Assembly (NCBI RefSeq): GCF_036588685.1
Contig: NC_086374.1
Coordinates: 71,176,001-71,240,000, forward strand
Length of the DNA: 64,000 bases
Source of the DNA: Mytilus trossulus
Lineage: Eukaryota
Direction: 5' to 3'
Shown: piece by piece, positions 49,059 to 63,650 of the stretch
How positions within the stretch are numbered: position 1 is the first letter of the stretch
Layout: each line of letters opens with the position of its first letter
Made by a program: the position numbers and the translations under genes
The notes under the pieces: generated by a model
Database searches by the model: none
Told to the model about the DNA's origin: nothing
The model's input: the letters and a program-made list of their open reading frames with translations, nothing else

Positions 49059-52000
49059 TCTAATCTGAAAACAAAAAGTGTATAGTAACTGACTTCCGCA
49101 ACGATTTTCATTATCATTGATTACTTTATATCTCAATATTGGACAAAAGATATTCAAACAAAATGCTCTCAATGAGATGAATTACTCACCTGTTAAAATG
49201 AATAAACTTTGTCACTATTTTCATATTCATTGCATTAGTTATGATTTTATAATTTGTGAGTATTTTCATAGTAATTGTGTACCAATTGTCATGTTACCGC
49301 TGATATATTATGCATAACTATTATGAGATAAATATAAATATTATACAAGAAAAAATGATTAATTGAAAAGACACATGAACGTACCAAAATCAATTTGGGC
49401 ATGTTTACTCTTTAACGTTGTTTTTTTTACTATCTCATGTGCTTCAAAGTATTCTCAATATACTTTTTATTTACAAAAATGCAGAAGGAAAAACCCATTT
49501 TTCGGTTTATAGTTACAGCCGCGTTGGTTTATTTGTAGATGTTAATGTGCTGAACAATTTGCTTTTTATTGGTTCTGCCTTTGTTGTAGTCTTCGCATCA
49601 AAAAACGTAAAAATGTACAATCCAATTACTCCTGTAAAGTATCAGCTTACAATATCGAAAATGTTGAATTATAAGTTGAATATTTTATGCTGAACATCTT
49701 TGTTATAAATATTTTCACTCCATGCATCATGGTAGGTGCAAAAAGCGCAGAAATTTTTTTTTCAGCCATGTTTATTTGTTTTAAGAATTTTTTTCGTAAT
49801 TTTTTTTTGTTTTTTTTTATCTATCAGTTTTTTCTATCGATTATGAGGTATTCCAAAATTGGAATAAAAGAACATCTTTCAATGGCAATAACTTCTGTTA
49901 GGTTTCCATCGACTATTTCGACCATTTGCCATAATTATATATATCGCATTTTGCAGAAGATTTTGTTCTTTCTAGGGCAATAATTCCTTAAATGAGTTAA
50001 TTGATGATTTCATTTATGTTGACTTATTATTGGATTTCATAGAAAATTGTTGTTTCTGACATTTTCTTTCTACCATGGTTTCTACTCAATTGGATAAAAA
50101 AGATATTATAGTTCAATTTTTATGAGGTTTGTTTTTTTATTTTTTTTTTTTTTTTTGCTGAATTATTGGACAGTTTTTGAGATGTAATGAAACAGAATTT
50201 AACCAAAATGTTGTATTTTAGAAGAAAAAAAATATGCCTGTTCATTAGTCAAATCCCCGATTCATGTTAGTACTCCCTAAGAAATATTTAGGTACAATTA
50301 GATATCTTGTAGTCTTAGAGGAGAAGTGTATTATTTAACGATCACAATAGACAATGAAATCGGACAATGACGACAGACACAGAATGACCGACAGCGAGTG
50401 AAGGCAAACGTTGACATGCAGGTATTCTCGTAGTAATACAAAAACAACAGTCATATTTTATAAAATCTATTATACATCTACTATGCCCATGTCTTAGCTT
50501 TTTCCAGAACATAATTGTCTGAACATTAAACAAATTTGCACGTGTAAACATGGTCCTATTTCCTTTAAAGAGTTGATGAATGTTAAATTCATTTCGCATT
50601 TTTGTAAGTTATAAACACAATAAACCATTGAGGAAAATCTCCCTTTTAATATTAACAAGAAAGTAATATAGTTATTTGTAGTCCTGTAAATTATCTATGA
50701 TATTTGTATTTATCATATACTTAGACTAAATAACATATGATTTTACTGTATGATTATAGCATTTAATTAACGTAAATTCCATATTTTTCGAATTGGTGCT
50801 TAGCGGGCTGATATGGAAAGTTTATCACATGCTTCGAATGTTATCACATGCCTCTCCGTAACGTTATCGCATGGCATTCCGGTGAAACTCGGCAAATTCC
50901 GGAAAATACACCTCAATGCTACGTTTTCACTGAAAAACATTACAAAGTAGTGTACAAAACAATTATTTGGATACTGGAAAGTATATTTTGTAAAATAATT
51001 AAAAAAACAAGAACAAAACAAAATCAATCAAATTATTAAATAAATGTATTTTTTAAAGTTTCAAACATAATTTAGAAAGTTACTTTACAAAAAAGTTGAT
51101 TTTTCCAAACAGTGTTCATTATGTATATTTTTGAATTATTTTTTTGTCGTTTCGTCAAAATTTAAATGTTTTTCTTCTCTGTTGAGGCATATGATAGAAA
51201 GATTTCATATTGAACGTATTAAAGGGGTCCGACGTCCGTGAACTTTTCACTCTTTCAACTTCTATTTGGGAATCACGTAAAAGGATCAATATATGAATCT
51301 GTAATTTTTCTCCATCGTTGAAGCATATGCGGCTCTAGTGCTGATTTTGAACCTAGGGTTGATAATACATGCGATATGAAAAATGTCATGTAATAATCTG
51401 ATAATATTATCTGTGTAATATATGTTATGAATGACATAACTAATTGCGACAATCAAATGGCAGGAGAAAAAATATGTAAACAACTAGCAAAATAATAATA
51501 TGTTTTTATCAAGATTTTTCAATAGCTGGTCTTGTCAATTAATTCAAAAGTAGTACTTATGATGTACTCTGAAATTCCAAAAAAAACCTTGAGTTATTAA
51601 TACTTAGATATAAAAATAATAAGTACGTTTACCTTAAAATATCATACAGAAATTAAAATCCATAATTTTAGGTCTTATCACATGATCAATAAATTTATCT
51701 GAATGTTTAAAGTCCACAAACATGTGACATATACTTTGTATAAACAAAAACGCAACAAATTTACGATAACCTACTAATGTTTTTTTATCTAGTTTTTTTT
51801 TAGAAAAAGCAGCATAATATAAAGCTATGAAGATGTGGTATGATTGCCAATGAGCCCAAATGCCATAGAACTTAATTACTATATGTCAATGAATGTCCCC
51901 CAAAAATAAGCAAAACCTATTCACAACACACAAAAGTACTATGTATAGATATAAACGTATTCCTAGTAACAGATAGCTATTTTGTGAAATTTGATAGAAT

Positions 52001-53661
52001 CATAATTAATATCAATGAAAATTATTGTAAAAGATCGAATTACAGTGTGTTGTATAGATTACCTTTACGAATAGATTTTTTTACAAATGATCAAACCGAG
52101 ATCAGGTAGTATGTAATGAAGAATTAGAAACGACACTGGTACAGGAACTTTGACATTAAAATGAAAGATAAAAGATCATAGACAGTTAGCACTATGTATG
52201 TCTTTCCGAAGTAGTTGACATATGACTTATTTTTAATGTTTTTCTTTGATTCTTAGATCTTGTAGTGTTTCTGCAACTTTTAAAGACTCGGAACAATTTG
52301 CAGCGTGTTTAAATACAAAGGCAACTGTCTGCAATTGAAGACTGTATATAAGACAGAGAAATATACCAAACTGACTATAGGTATATAAGTATAAGTATAG
52401 CGCTGAAGATGTAAAATCAAGCGCTAGAGATGTAAAGTCAAGCGCTGGAGATATAAAATCAAGCGCTGGAGATGTAAAGACCAGCGATGAAGATGTAAAG
52501 TCAAGCGCTGGAGATATAAAGTCTAGCGCTTGAGATGTAAAGTCAAGCGCTTGAAATGTAAAGTCCAGCACTGGAGATGTTAAGTCCAGCGCTGAAGATG
52601 TAAAGTCTAGCGCTGAAGATATAAAGTGTAGCACTGAAGATATAAAGTGTAGCACTGAAGATGTACAGTCAAGCGCTGGAAATGTAAAGTCTATTGCTAG
52701 AAATGTAAAATCGTGTTCTATAGCGTGTTGCAAATAAGGATGCAAGAAAAGCCTCAGTCACACCTTACCGACGCCTAACGGATAACTTTTTTTTAATCCG
52801 TTCATGTCCGTTAGACGTCCATTCTTATCTGTTAGACGTTCGTCCATATCCGTTGCATGTCCGTAAAGGGGGCTCGCGGGTCTAAATCAATTTTTTTTTC
52901 TAATATAGGATATCGCTATATTTTTTCTATAACTGAACTTCATCTTATTCTTAAAATAAAAATGAAATAAAAAAATTGGATCACCGTTCATTTATGCTCA
53001 CATTCTGCCTTCAAAAAAAGCATACATTTTTGTAAAGTTACTTTTTTTCTGTTGAACTAATAGAAGAAAAAGAGGTAATATCGAAATAAAAAAAGATTCT
53101 AATGACAGAAATCGGTTAAATTTTACAATTATTTAGTTTATGTACAGCTTAATTGAAAACAATAATGAAAAATATAGGTCACCGATGTGTAAAAATAGAT
53201 ATTTCAGTTTAATGCCTAAAAAGGGATTTTTGAACCAAAGGGAGATAATTTGGAGCTTTTTAGATGATATAAACATTTTAAAAGTCATCTGGGGGCAAAC
53301 GGTTCGATTTTATTGGTTGATTTTTGCACCATATCATAAAGTCATCATTAATAGTGTAATAAAAAAAAATTGTAAAAAAAATTGCTGAAATTTTGTACCC
53401 GCCAGCCTCCTCAACCGTACGTTTTATCCGTCGACGTCCGTTCTTTCTGGTGGGAAATTTGAGCATGTTTAAAACTTTGAACAGACATCAAATGGATTAA
53501 ATGTCCGTAGAACGTCCGTGAGGCGTCCGATTTATACGGTACTCGTCCGTTTCGTTTCCATTTTGTATCCGTTACGTGTCCGTTATACAGGCCAGACACT
53601 GCCATTTGGCGGAATTACGAAGACCAAACCAAAACCAGTTACACAGAAACATTTTAAATAT

Positions 53662-53745
53662 TTATGCGATTTACATGTATTATTATGCGATTTACATGTA
53701 TTATTATGCGATTTACATGTATTGTTATGCGATTTACATGTATTA
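53662..53745 (+). repeat. Four tandem copies of ttatgcgatttacatgtatta (21 bp)
   Basis: Only one copy at the homologous position ~20025-20045. Confidence 0.9.
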
Positions 53746-56700
53746 TTAATGTCGCCTTTGATTTTTTTTTATATCTTGTTCATCTGTTTTATCCGGTACG
53801 CTTCCGTTAGGTGTCCGTTTTATGCGGTACTCGTCCGTTGGCTGAACGTTCGACATCCGTTCTGTCCGGTACGTTTCCGTTTCTCGTACGTTGCATATCT
53901 GGTGTATGTCCGTTATGCATCCGTTACACGTCCATTTTATTCGCTTAGTACTTCAACGGACGCCCAACGGACAACAATTTTGTCAACGGACAATTTTTAT
54001 TTTCAACCGTTAGGCGTCCGTTCGAGCTATACGGTAAGGTGTGACCGAGGATTAGGGATTATCTTTTTTTTTTACATTTCCATCGCTTGACTTTACATCT
54101 CCAGCGCTAGACTTTATATCTCCATTGCTTGACTTTACATCTTCAGCGCTGGACATTACATCTCCAGCGCTTGATTTTACATCTCCAGCGCTTGACTTTA
54201 CATCCCCAGCGCTTGATTTTACATCTTCAGCGCCAGACTTTACATCTCCAGCGCTTGATTTTAAATCTTCAGCGCTTGAATTTACATCTCCAACGTTTGA
54301 TTTTACATCTCCAGCCTCAGACTTTACATCTCCAGCGCTTGACTTTACATCTCCAGCGCTAGACTTTGGATATCTCCAGCACTATATTTTATACATCTCC
54401 AGCGCTAGATTTTACATCCCCAGTGTTAGACTTAAATCTTCAGCGCTTGACTTTACATCTCCAGCGCTAGACTTTAGATCTCCAGCGCTAGACTTTAGAT
54501 CTCCAGCGCTGGACTTACATCTCCAGCGCTAGACTTTACATCTTCAGTGCTAGACTTTATATATCCAGCGCTATACTTAACATCTCTAGCGCTAGCCTTT
54601 TCATCTCCAGCGCTTGATTTTACATCTCACGCGCCAGACTTTACATCTCCAGCGCTTGATGTTATATCTTCAGCGATTACCCTTACATCTCCAGCGCTTG
54701 ACTTTACATCTCCAGCGCCAGACTTTACATACCCAGCGCTTGACTTTAAATCTCCAGCGCTAGACTTTGGATTTCTCCAGCGCTAGATTTTATACATCTC
54801 CAGCGCTAGACTTTACATACCAAGCGCTAGACTTTGGATATCTCCAGCGCTAGATTTAATACATCTCCAGCACTAGACTTTACATCCCCAGCGCTAGACT
54901 TAAATCTTCAGCGCTAGACTTAAATCTTCAGCGCTTGACTTTACATCTCCAGCGCTATATTTTACATCTCTAGCGCTAGCCTTTACATTTTCAGCGCTAG
55001 AATTTACACATCTTCAGCGCAGGACTTTAAAATACACTTTATAATCTATGTGAGACCAACAGGGCTCCGTACTTATGCTTTAAAGTATTCTCGATATGAT
55101 TTTTGTCTACAAAAATGCAGAAGGAAAAAACATCATCCAAGCGATACAACACCTATATGTGGTCGGTTAACAGTAACAGTCGTGCTGGCTTATCTGTAGA
55201 TCTTATTGTGTTGAACACTTTGCTATTTGTTTTTTATGTCTTCGTTATAGTTTTTGCATCAAAAAAACTATAAAAAGTACAATTTGCACCTGTCCTACGT
55301 CAGGAATCTGATGTACAGTAGTTGTCGTTTGTTTATGTAATTTATACGTGTTTCTTTTTCCCGTCTTTTTATGTAGATTAGACCGTTGGTTTTCCCGTTT
55401 GAATGGTTTTACACTAGTAATTGTTGGGGCCCTTTATTGCTCCGTGTTGAAGGCCGTACAGTGACCTCTAATGGTTAACTTTTTTTATATTGTTATTTGG
55501 ATGGAGAGTTGTCTCATTGGCACTCACACCACATCTTCCTATATCTAATCAATGTCAATACTCCTTTAAGAAGTCAATTGACGATTTCGACAAAGCTGAC
55601 TTATTTGTAGATCCTATTTTGCTCAACATTTTTATATCTATACCATTCCACTTTACCTATAAACGGTTAAGCAAAAATATATTGTTGGGTAAGAACTATT
55701 ATTCAGGGGCATTTACTCCTATAAAGTATCAGTTTAAAATTTCGGCAATGTTGATCTATTAGTTGATTGTTTTATGTTTAAAATCTCTGTTATCAATATT
55801 TTTTCTCCATGCATCATAGTTTCTGCAAATAGAGCACAAGATTATCGACGATTTCAGCCATGTTTATTCATTTTGAGATTTTATTTTCGTAAACTTTTTT
55901 TTTTTATAGAAACCGTTCCTCTTTTTCGATTATGGTGTATTCCCAAATTAAAACAAAAAGAACATTTTCCAGTTGTAACAACTCCTTTTATGTTGCAATT
56001 AACTATTTCAACCATTTGACATATTCATAGATCGTTTTTTGTAAAAATATTTTTTTTTTAAGGCAATATCACTTATAATAAATTTATATGATGATTCTAT
56101 TTATGTTGTCTTTGTACTAGATCTCATTGAACATTGTTGCTATTTACAGTTTCTTTCAATCATGGTTTCTGCTAAATTGCATAAAAATATATTTCCATGA
56201 TTATAAATCAAACTTTGTTTTTTTTTTTGCTTTATTTGACAGTCTATTAGTATTTCTCTTAACTGATTGCATTTTTTTTTTAAACGATAATTTTACCAAA
56301 ATATCTTATTTTTGACAAGCTTAAGGTAACCATGTCTTTTCATTGGACACATCCCCGGTTAATCTCTTTAAATAGGACTCCTTAAATAATATCCAAGTAA
56401 GAGAATATAACATTTATCTATGTAGATTCAAAGAATTATTTTTTTTAAACGTCACAATAGACAAAGTCGGGCAATGACGACAAATGAAAAACGACCGACA
56501 GCGAGTGGAGGCAAAAGCTAAAATGGAGGTTTTATCATTGAAAAAAAAAAAAAAAAAAAACCAATGTCATGCATGGATATAATAAAACTTTTTATATATT
56601 AACTAGCCCAATATCTTAAACTTTTCAGGAACACATATGTGTCTGTATATAGAACAAATTTGTATGTGTAAACACGGTCCTATTTCATAACGTGGATTGA

Positions 56701-57773
56701 TAAATGTTCAATTCATTTCGTAATTTGCTAAATTATAAACTACAAAACAACATTGTGGAAAATCTCCCTTTTATTATTTACAAGAAAACGATATAGTGTA
56801 TACCTGTAATTTATTTATAATCCCTGTATAATATCTGTCAAAAAAATGTCAGGAACTTATGGCGACCATCAAACGACAGGAGCAGAAACATGTAAACAAT
56901 TATCAAAAAGATATAATATGTTTTTATTAATTTTTTTCAATAGCAGGTCTTAATTGTTATTTGGATGAAGAGTTGTCTCATTGGCACTCACACCAAATCT
57001 GTCTATATCTATTTAAGAATGAGTGATATTTTATCGGGTGTTTTTCTATGTTGAAATGTTATGCTATTGTTTCAGAAAAAGGGAGAAGGTTTGGTACCAT
57101 TAAAACGTTTAATCCCGCTGCAAATGTTTGCACCTGTCCTAAGTCAGGAATATGATGTGCAGTAGTTGTCGTTTGTTTATGTAATTTATACGTGTCTCTC
57201 GTTTCTTGTTTTTTATATAGATTAGACCGTTGGTTTTCCAGTTTGGATGGTTGTACACTAGTAATGTTTGGGCCCTTTATAATTTGTTTTTTGGTGTGAG
57301 CCAAGGCTCTGTGTTGAAGGCCGTACATTGACTCTTTAATGGTTTACTTATTTGGATGGAGAGTTGTCTCATTGACACTCACGCCACATCTTCCTATATC
57401 TATGATAAGGTTTTTTAAATGAAGTTTTTTTTGGGAGATACTAAGTAATATTTAAGAATGGGGTTGTTCAAATGATCAACAAGTTTTCCCAGATCGATTA
57501 GTATGTAATGAAAAATGAAAACGACACTCGATAAATATGTACACACCCTTTAAAATAAAATATAAAAGATAGACACTTAGTCTGTCCCTCCCAAGATCTT
57601 TTTCGGATGACGTATTGTTAATGTTTTTCTTTATTTCAAGAATTTTATGTTTTCGGTAGAGCTTTGATCTTCTCAACTTTATAGACTCGGAAAAACTTCG
57701 TCTTGATTAAATATAAAGACAACTGTCTATTGTTGAAGACAGTATATAAAGGTGGCATGGCAAAAAAGTCCGT

Positions 57774-58620
57774 GAATATGGTGAACTTGGACGATATCCC
57801 ATTAATTTAGATATTAAAGTCCGTATGGTATCATTTTGGCTGAAATAAGTATGTGGTAAACCGATTAAATTATCAGCGACCATTTATAAACTACTGTTTA
57901 AACTGTCAAATGAAAATGATGTAAAGTTTAAATGGTTAAACCATGTTGAATCTATTTTTAATGAAACAGGATTATCTTTTGTGTGGTTATCTCAAACATG
58001 TATTAGTGACATTTGGCTAAAGAATACAATCAGAACATCACTCCAAGATCAGTTTCAACAAACATGGTTTTCAAATGTGCAAGCATGTTCGAAGACATTA
58101 AATTATCGAATTTTTAAGGATACTTTTGGGTTTGAGAACTATTTTGATATTTTAGAATTTCGTGATATTTATACTTTATGCAAATTTTGAACCATCAACC
58201 ATAAATTACCCATTGAGATAGGGAGATGGACAAACATTCAGAGAGATAGTCGAAATTGTAACTTATGTAACTCTAAAGATCTTGGAGATGAGTATCATTA
58301 TATTATGATGTGCACAGAGATGTCAATAAAAAGAAAAGAATGTATTGATAAACAATATTTAAATCGTCCAAATATAATTATGTTTAAAAAAATTATGAAT
58401 TTAAATATAAAATCTAAATTGAGAAAGCTGTGTACTTTCATTAGATTTATAAATTCACATGTGTGCCCTCCTGGCTAAATACTATCAGTATAATTGTAAA
58501 TAGTGTACATATTTTGCTTTGTGTATTCATGTATTTATGTCTGTATTATTGATGTCATGTAGTGCCTGTATACCATTGTAACTGCAAAGGTTTGACAGAA
58601 TAAAGATATATATATATAAA
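57774..58620 (+). mobile_element. 5'-truncated LINE 3' fragment with a (TA)n tail, absent at the homologous site ~24080
   Basis: Starts at YGELGRYP and contains LPIEIGRW..CNLCN..DEYHYIMMC. Ends AATAAAG(AT)n. Confidence 0.87.
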
Positions 58621-61600
58621 AGAAACACTTTTCAATTTAACATTTTAAAAGTTTTAAAATTCTAAATATTGTTTTTAAATTTGATCATTTAGATATCTGT
58701 TCAAACTTTGAAAGTACAAAACTTAACGTGCAGTTTGAATCATTTTTCTCTTTTTGATTGAATTTCGATTTTTGTATAAAGATATTAAAAAATAGAAAAG
58801 GGGCGAAAAGATCGAGCGGTACCTAAAGGTCGAAAAAAATAAAAGCGGAACGAAACGAAACAAACCAAAAGAAACAAAATAAAATGAAATGAAATGAACA
58901 GTAACTGTTACTGAAAGATCAGAGGTAGACAGTTGCTAGCGTTGAAAACTTGGATAACAAAATAAACATTTCTTAAAAACGAAGAATTCATTATAAACAA
59001 GAAGCACGGCTCGAATTATAAGTATTCTTATTTTGGAATAAAAAGCACACAATATATCAAATCATTTTAAACTGCAAATTAAATGATTAGAAGGAGTTTT
59101 TTTTTTTCAACAAATTGGAGATAACAGTATTCTGAAATTTTTCAGGTTTTGCGTCTTTTGAAAAAAATATATTTAAACCTATTTAGCGCAGCAAGTCAAA
59201 TAACATTTAAAACAAATCCCTATTAAAAGCTTGGCGATTCAGATCGATAGTTCAGAGCTATTTGGTTTCCCCAGCGCATAAACATTTAATTAATTATTTC
59301 GATTGATTTAATTTCTTGACCTTAAAATATTCCGCTTTTGAGCGTTCCTGGTGAAGTTAGATCCAGAAAAAGAGCTTCGGTAAAAGGCCTGTAGCCAGAA
59401 AAATCCCTACATTTGGCGGGTTACATTGACGTACTAAGCGGATATTTTAAAAATTACAATTCACACAGATCGTCAACTTTAATAGTGCTTATTTGTTTTT
59501 CAAGATTGGAGAGGGAGGGGGTTAGAACTTCGAACACTCGAACAACCCCTGGCTACTGGTGTTGGTAGCATGCAATTTGTAATGTTTTGTTTTAAAGTTT
59601 GATCGGTTACAAGACAATCATATCTTGTCTCTTATCATTGATTTCAGTTCAAAGTATTAATACGGAGGGAATGCTGAATGTATAGTTTGAACATTGTGCT
59701 AGATATGAATGTTGACATCTATTTTACACGGCTACCTGCTTTACAAGCAGAATTTTAGTTTAAGAATTATATGAAATATGAGTAGCTTGGAACCAGGATA
59801 CTGTTTAAATATATTCAACGTTAACATCTAACTGATCGTGCTGGTCTTGTTTAAGCTGAATACATTCATATTATATAAACGTGGTGAACCATAAACATTA
59901 TTTTAAGCTTGCATATTTAAGTAATTGTTGCCACTGTACATTAAGCGCCCATCTATCCATTTGTAGATGTCGGCCGTCATTTTGAAGTAGTTATTTGAAA
60001 TTATTTCAAAAAGTTCATATCAACGATAAACAATTGATCAAGTTAAAATGACCAATCGAGTTATCAACAATATGGCAATCGGAAATAAAAATATTGTCAC
60101 TTAGGTGACACTACATTGGACTTGGATACCTGCACAAAGGGCCACACTAATGGTATATTTTTCAGGTGCGGATCTATGAATTTGAAAATATGGAGGTTTA
60201 GCTAGACAATGCTAGGACCTATGCTTCTAAATGATATGCATTTATCGTATATGTAGCTCTGTTATGAGTAGGCGGCCCCCTAAATCCTGCACTATCAAGG
60301 GATAGTTTCGTATTTATTATTTGCGCATGTTTAAGTTATCGCACGACAATCAACTGTGAGCAAAGTAAAAGTACGCGCTACGTCCAGTCTGAATGTGGCT
60401 TGTAAAGAGTGTCGCCATCTCTGCACGATGGATTTTGCCATTTTAGACATAACCAATGCTGCTCAAGATAAACCAGGACAATGTAAAACGCTGAATTTTG
60501 AGTGAAGCATTTACCTACAGTACGCTGAAAATTTAGAACTTTTGAAAGTCAAGGAAATACCAAAACCACAACAATTGAAGACGTGTTTGGACAAAGGAAA
60601 AGTTAAACCTTTCAAAATCCATCTACTGGCTCCTTTGCCCTAGGGAGAGGAAACGTAAGTTTCTTTGTAAAAAGACCTATTTTAAATGATTGTTAGTTGC
60701 CAGTTTCATGCTAGTTCAAGACGATTACAAACTTGTAGAGAGCTCGGTACTCTTTCTACACGCATCATTTTGACTATACTTTGCTGCGTTCTTTTACTTT
60801 GCTGAAAGCGGATTGGCGTAACTTTAAAAGGTACAACAAAACGTTGTCAAAGGGAGCCAACATTTAACTTCAAAAGGGAGAGGATTTTTGTCAAGTGAAA
60901 AAAAATATTTTCGCGCTAACCGCAAATAATTCAGTACGGTTTTCCATGATATCAATCAAATCATTTTGTTCAAAATTTAACACAATCATGAGGTATTAGG
61001 ATAATCTGGAGATCGAATATTTTTGTACACTGCATAAACAAAAATTATTATTTTTCGTGAAATTGTGGATCATAATACTTTTTAGGGAAAATCATACCCC
61101 CTTTTGTTGGGTTTAATGTTCGCTATCTGACTAGGCTCTTACCTTTTCAAATTCAGTGTTCAGCACCTGAAATTTTCAGGGATTATGTAGAATCACTGGC
61201 TAGTTGAGTGATTATGTAGAATCCCTGAAATTTTCAGAGATTATGTATAATCATTAGAAAAAACATCAGGGATTCTACATAATAACTGAAATGAAGAAAT
61301 AGTTGTATTTATAAAAAAAAAGTTAATAAAAATAAAATAATTAATTCTATAAAATCACATAAAAACATCATAATAAAGTAACAAAAATTGTAACAATATA
61401 TCAAAATGTTAAACCCATTTTTTTCTAAAGTTGGGCACACTATATTAAAATGTTAAATATAGTTTCCTTTTCCTTCACATATCGAATCAGATTTTAACAA
61501 CACGCCGAAGAGAAATAAAAAGTTCAGTAAAAACACACGAAGGTACCCCCCCCCCCCCCACACACACACACACACACACAAAAATTAAAAAAAAAATGAA

Positions 61601-63240
61601 TGGGAATTTTCCAATCTTGAACTGGTTCGAGCTAGAAAGATAAAGATGCCCTTGTTTTGTGGTCAGGCAATATCCTTTTTTATACCTTTTTTTAAGAATT
61701 GCCATTATGTTTTTGGGGTTTCCCTTTCCTTTTTTATCCTGTCGAATTGCTATGAGAATATGCAAGCTTCCTCTTACAGTTTGTTCTATTTGTCAATCCC
61801 AAGTGCTGCCTGTTTTTCTTTTCATTTAGATGTCTAAGTTCTCACAGTTTGAATTTCTTGCAAATTGTTCTTTGAACAACAAAAAAACACACAAAAAAGT
61901 TGTTCTATAATCTACTTCACCATTTGCTTTACATGTATCACAAATAACATGCTTGTGGATTTACAAATAGAGCATGAATATCCATTTGACGATGGCTTTT
62001 AATAAACAAACAATACATGTAACGCTATCGTTATAAAGGGAAGGTTAATATTAATATTATATATTCTTCAACTAAACCTTGTGTTGGTTATATCTTTTAG
62101 AGCATCCCCTGTGTTTAAAAGCTAAATTATTTCATCTGGCAAGGAAAATGAAAGAAACTTAAAAGTCTATATCAATTTTGTTTATAAAACAAAGGACCAT
62201 TAAATTATTCATAATCCCTGAAATCATATTAGGGAATTTGTAGAATAATTATCAGAAAATGATCAGAGACTATCTAAAATCACTTGTCACTTTCAGGGAT
62301 TATATATAATTACTAATGATTTTAATGATTCTACATATTCCCTAAAAAATCAGGGATTCTACATAATCCTTGATTATACAAATTCACTGTAACATATCTA
62401 TGATAAGTTTATTTAAATACGTTATAGCAGTATCCTGGCTCCAAGCTACTCATATTTTATCTTACTCTAACATTCAGCGTGTATATCGGATAGCAGTGTG
62501 AAATAGATAACAACAACCTCCCATATTCGTGGCTAGCACAACATTCATTGCGACACCATAAATTCAGGTCACCAATGATAAAAGGCGACATATGATCCAT
62601 TTCCAATCGAAAGAAAAAAGAAAAAAAAATGTTAAAAAATTGCATCAGGAAACATTCAAAGCCGAAATAAGGTTGAAGGTGATCGTTCAATATGTAATTT
62701 AATGATTCTTCTGCTGTAATGATTACTGATAGGAAGAAGTGGTAAAGCAAAACAAAACAATTTGAAATCAAATTTTAGATAATACACGTGAATCGAGCCT
62801 TTTTATTGCTTAAAATTCAGTAGAAAATGTATATACATACCCAACCCTTCCATACTATTCAGCCGTTTGCGAGTTTTTCCGTGTTCACTATTTCTCTTAA
62901 ATGATAAGCACTTGGAAAACGAAATAGTTCTGAATTATTTATCTGAAACGTTAAGCTTTAAGAGATTTTTTAAAACGTAAATAAACTTCTGGTGGATGCA
63001 GTTTCAAATAAGTTTAATCTTTTTCTTTCAAAAGATGTAAACCTTAAACATGTGAGGATACTGTTGTCTTATGTGATGATCAATCTTTAAATTATTTATT
63101 TTGCAATTAAAAATGATTTGATATAGTTCGTGCTTTTTATTCTTAACTAAGAATGATAATAATAATAGCCTTACTTCTTGTTTTATAATGAATTCTCCGC
63201 TTTTGAGAAACATTTATTTTGTATCCAATATTTCACTGCT

Positions 63241-63650
63241 AAATCATCCATTCGTAAATTTTACGGACGCCATCACGAGTTGGTTGACCGTTATGGAATA
63301 ACCGTTTCACAAATGATATCGGATATGTTCCTTACGTCGTAACTACAATCCCCTTCCCTTTCATGAATTTGACCTACCGAATTAGACTATTTACCGGATT
63401 TGTAATCACATAAGCAACACGACGGGTGCCGCATGTGGAGCAGGATCTGCTTACCCTTCCGGAGCACCTGAGATCACCCCTAGTTTTTGGTGGGGTTCGT
63501 GTTGTTTATTCTTTAGTTTTCTATGTTGTGTCATGTGTCCTATTGTTTTTCTGTTTGTCTTTTTCATTTTTAGCCATGGCGTTGTCAGTTTGTTTTAGAT
63601 TTACGAGTTTGACTGTCCCTTAGGTATCTTTCGTCCTTCTTCTCTTCTTT
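63241..63650 (+). mobile_element. Younger 3' fragment of the same Penelope-like family, absent at the empty site 28947/28948
   Basis: Matches 36600-37000 (KSSIRKFYGRHHELVDRYGITV). The empty site is cactgct|tacagctc with no clear TSD. Confidence 0.85.
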
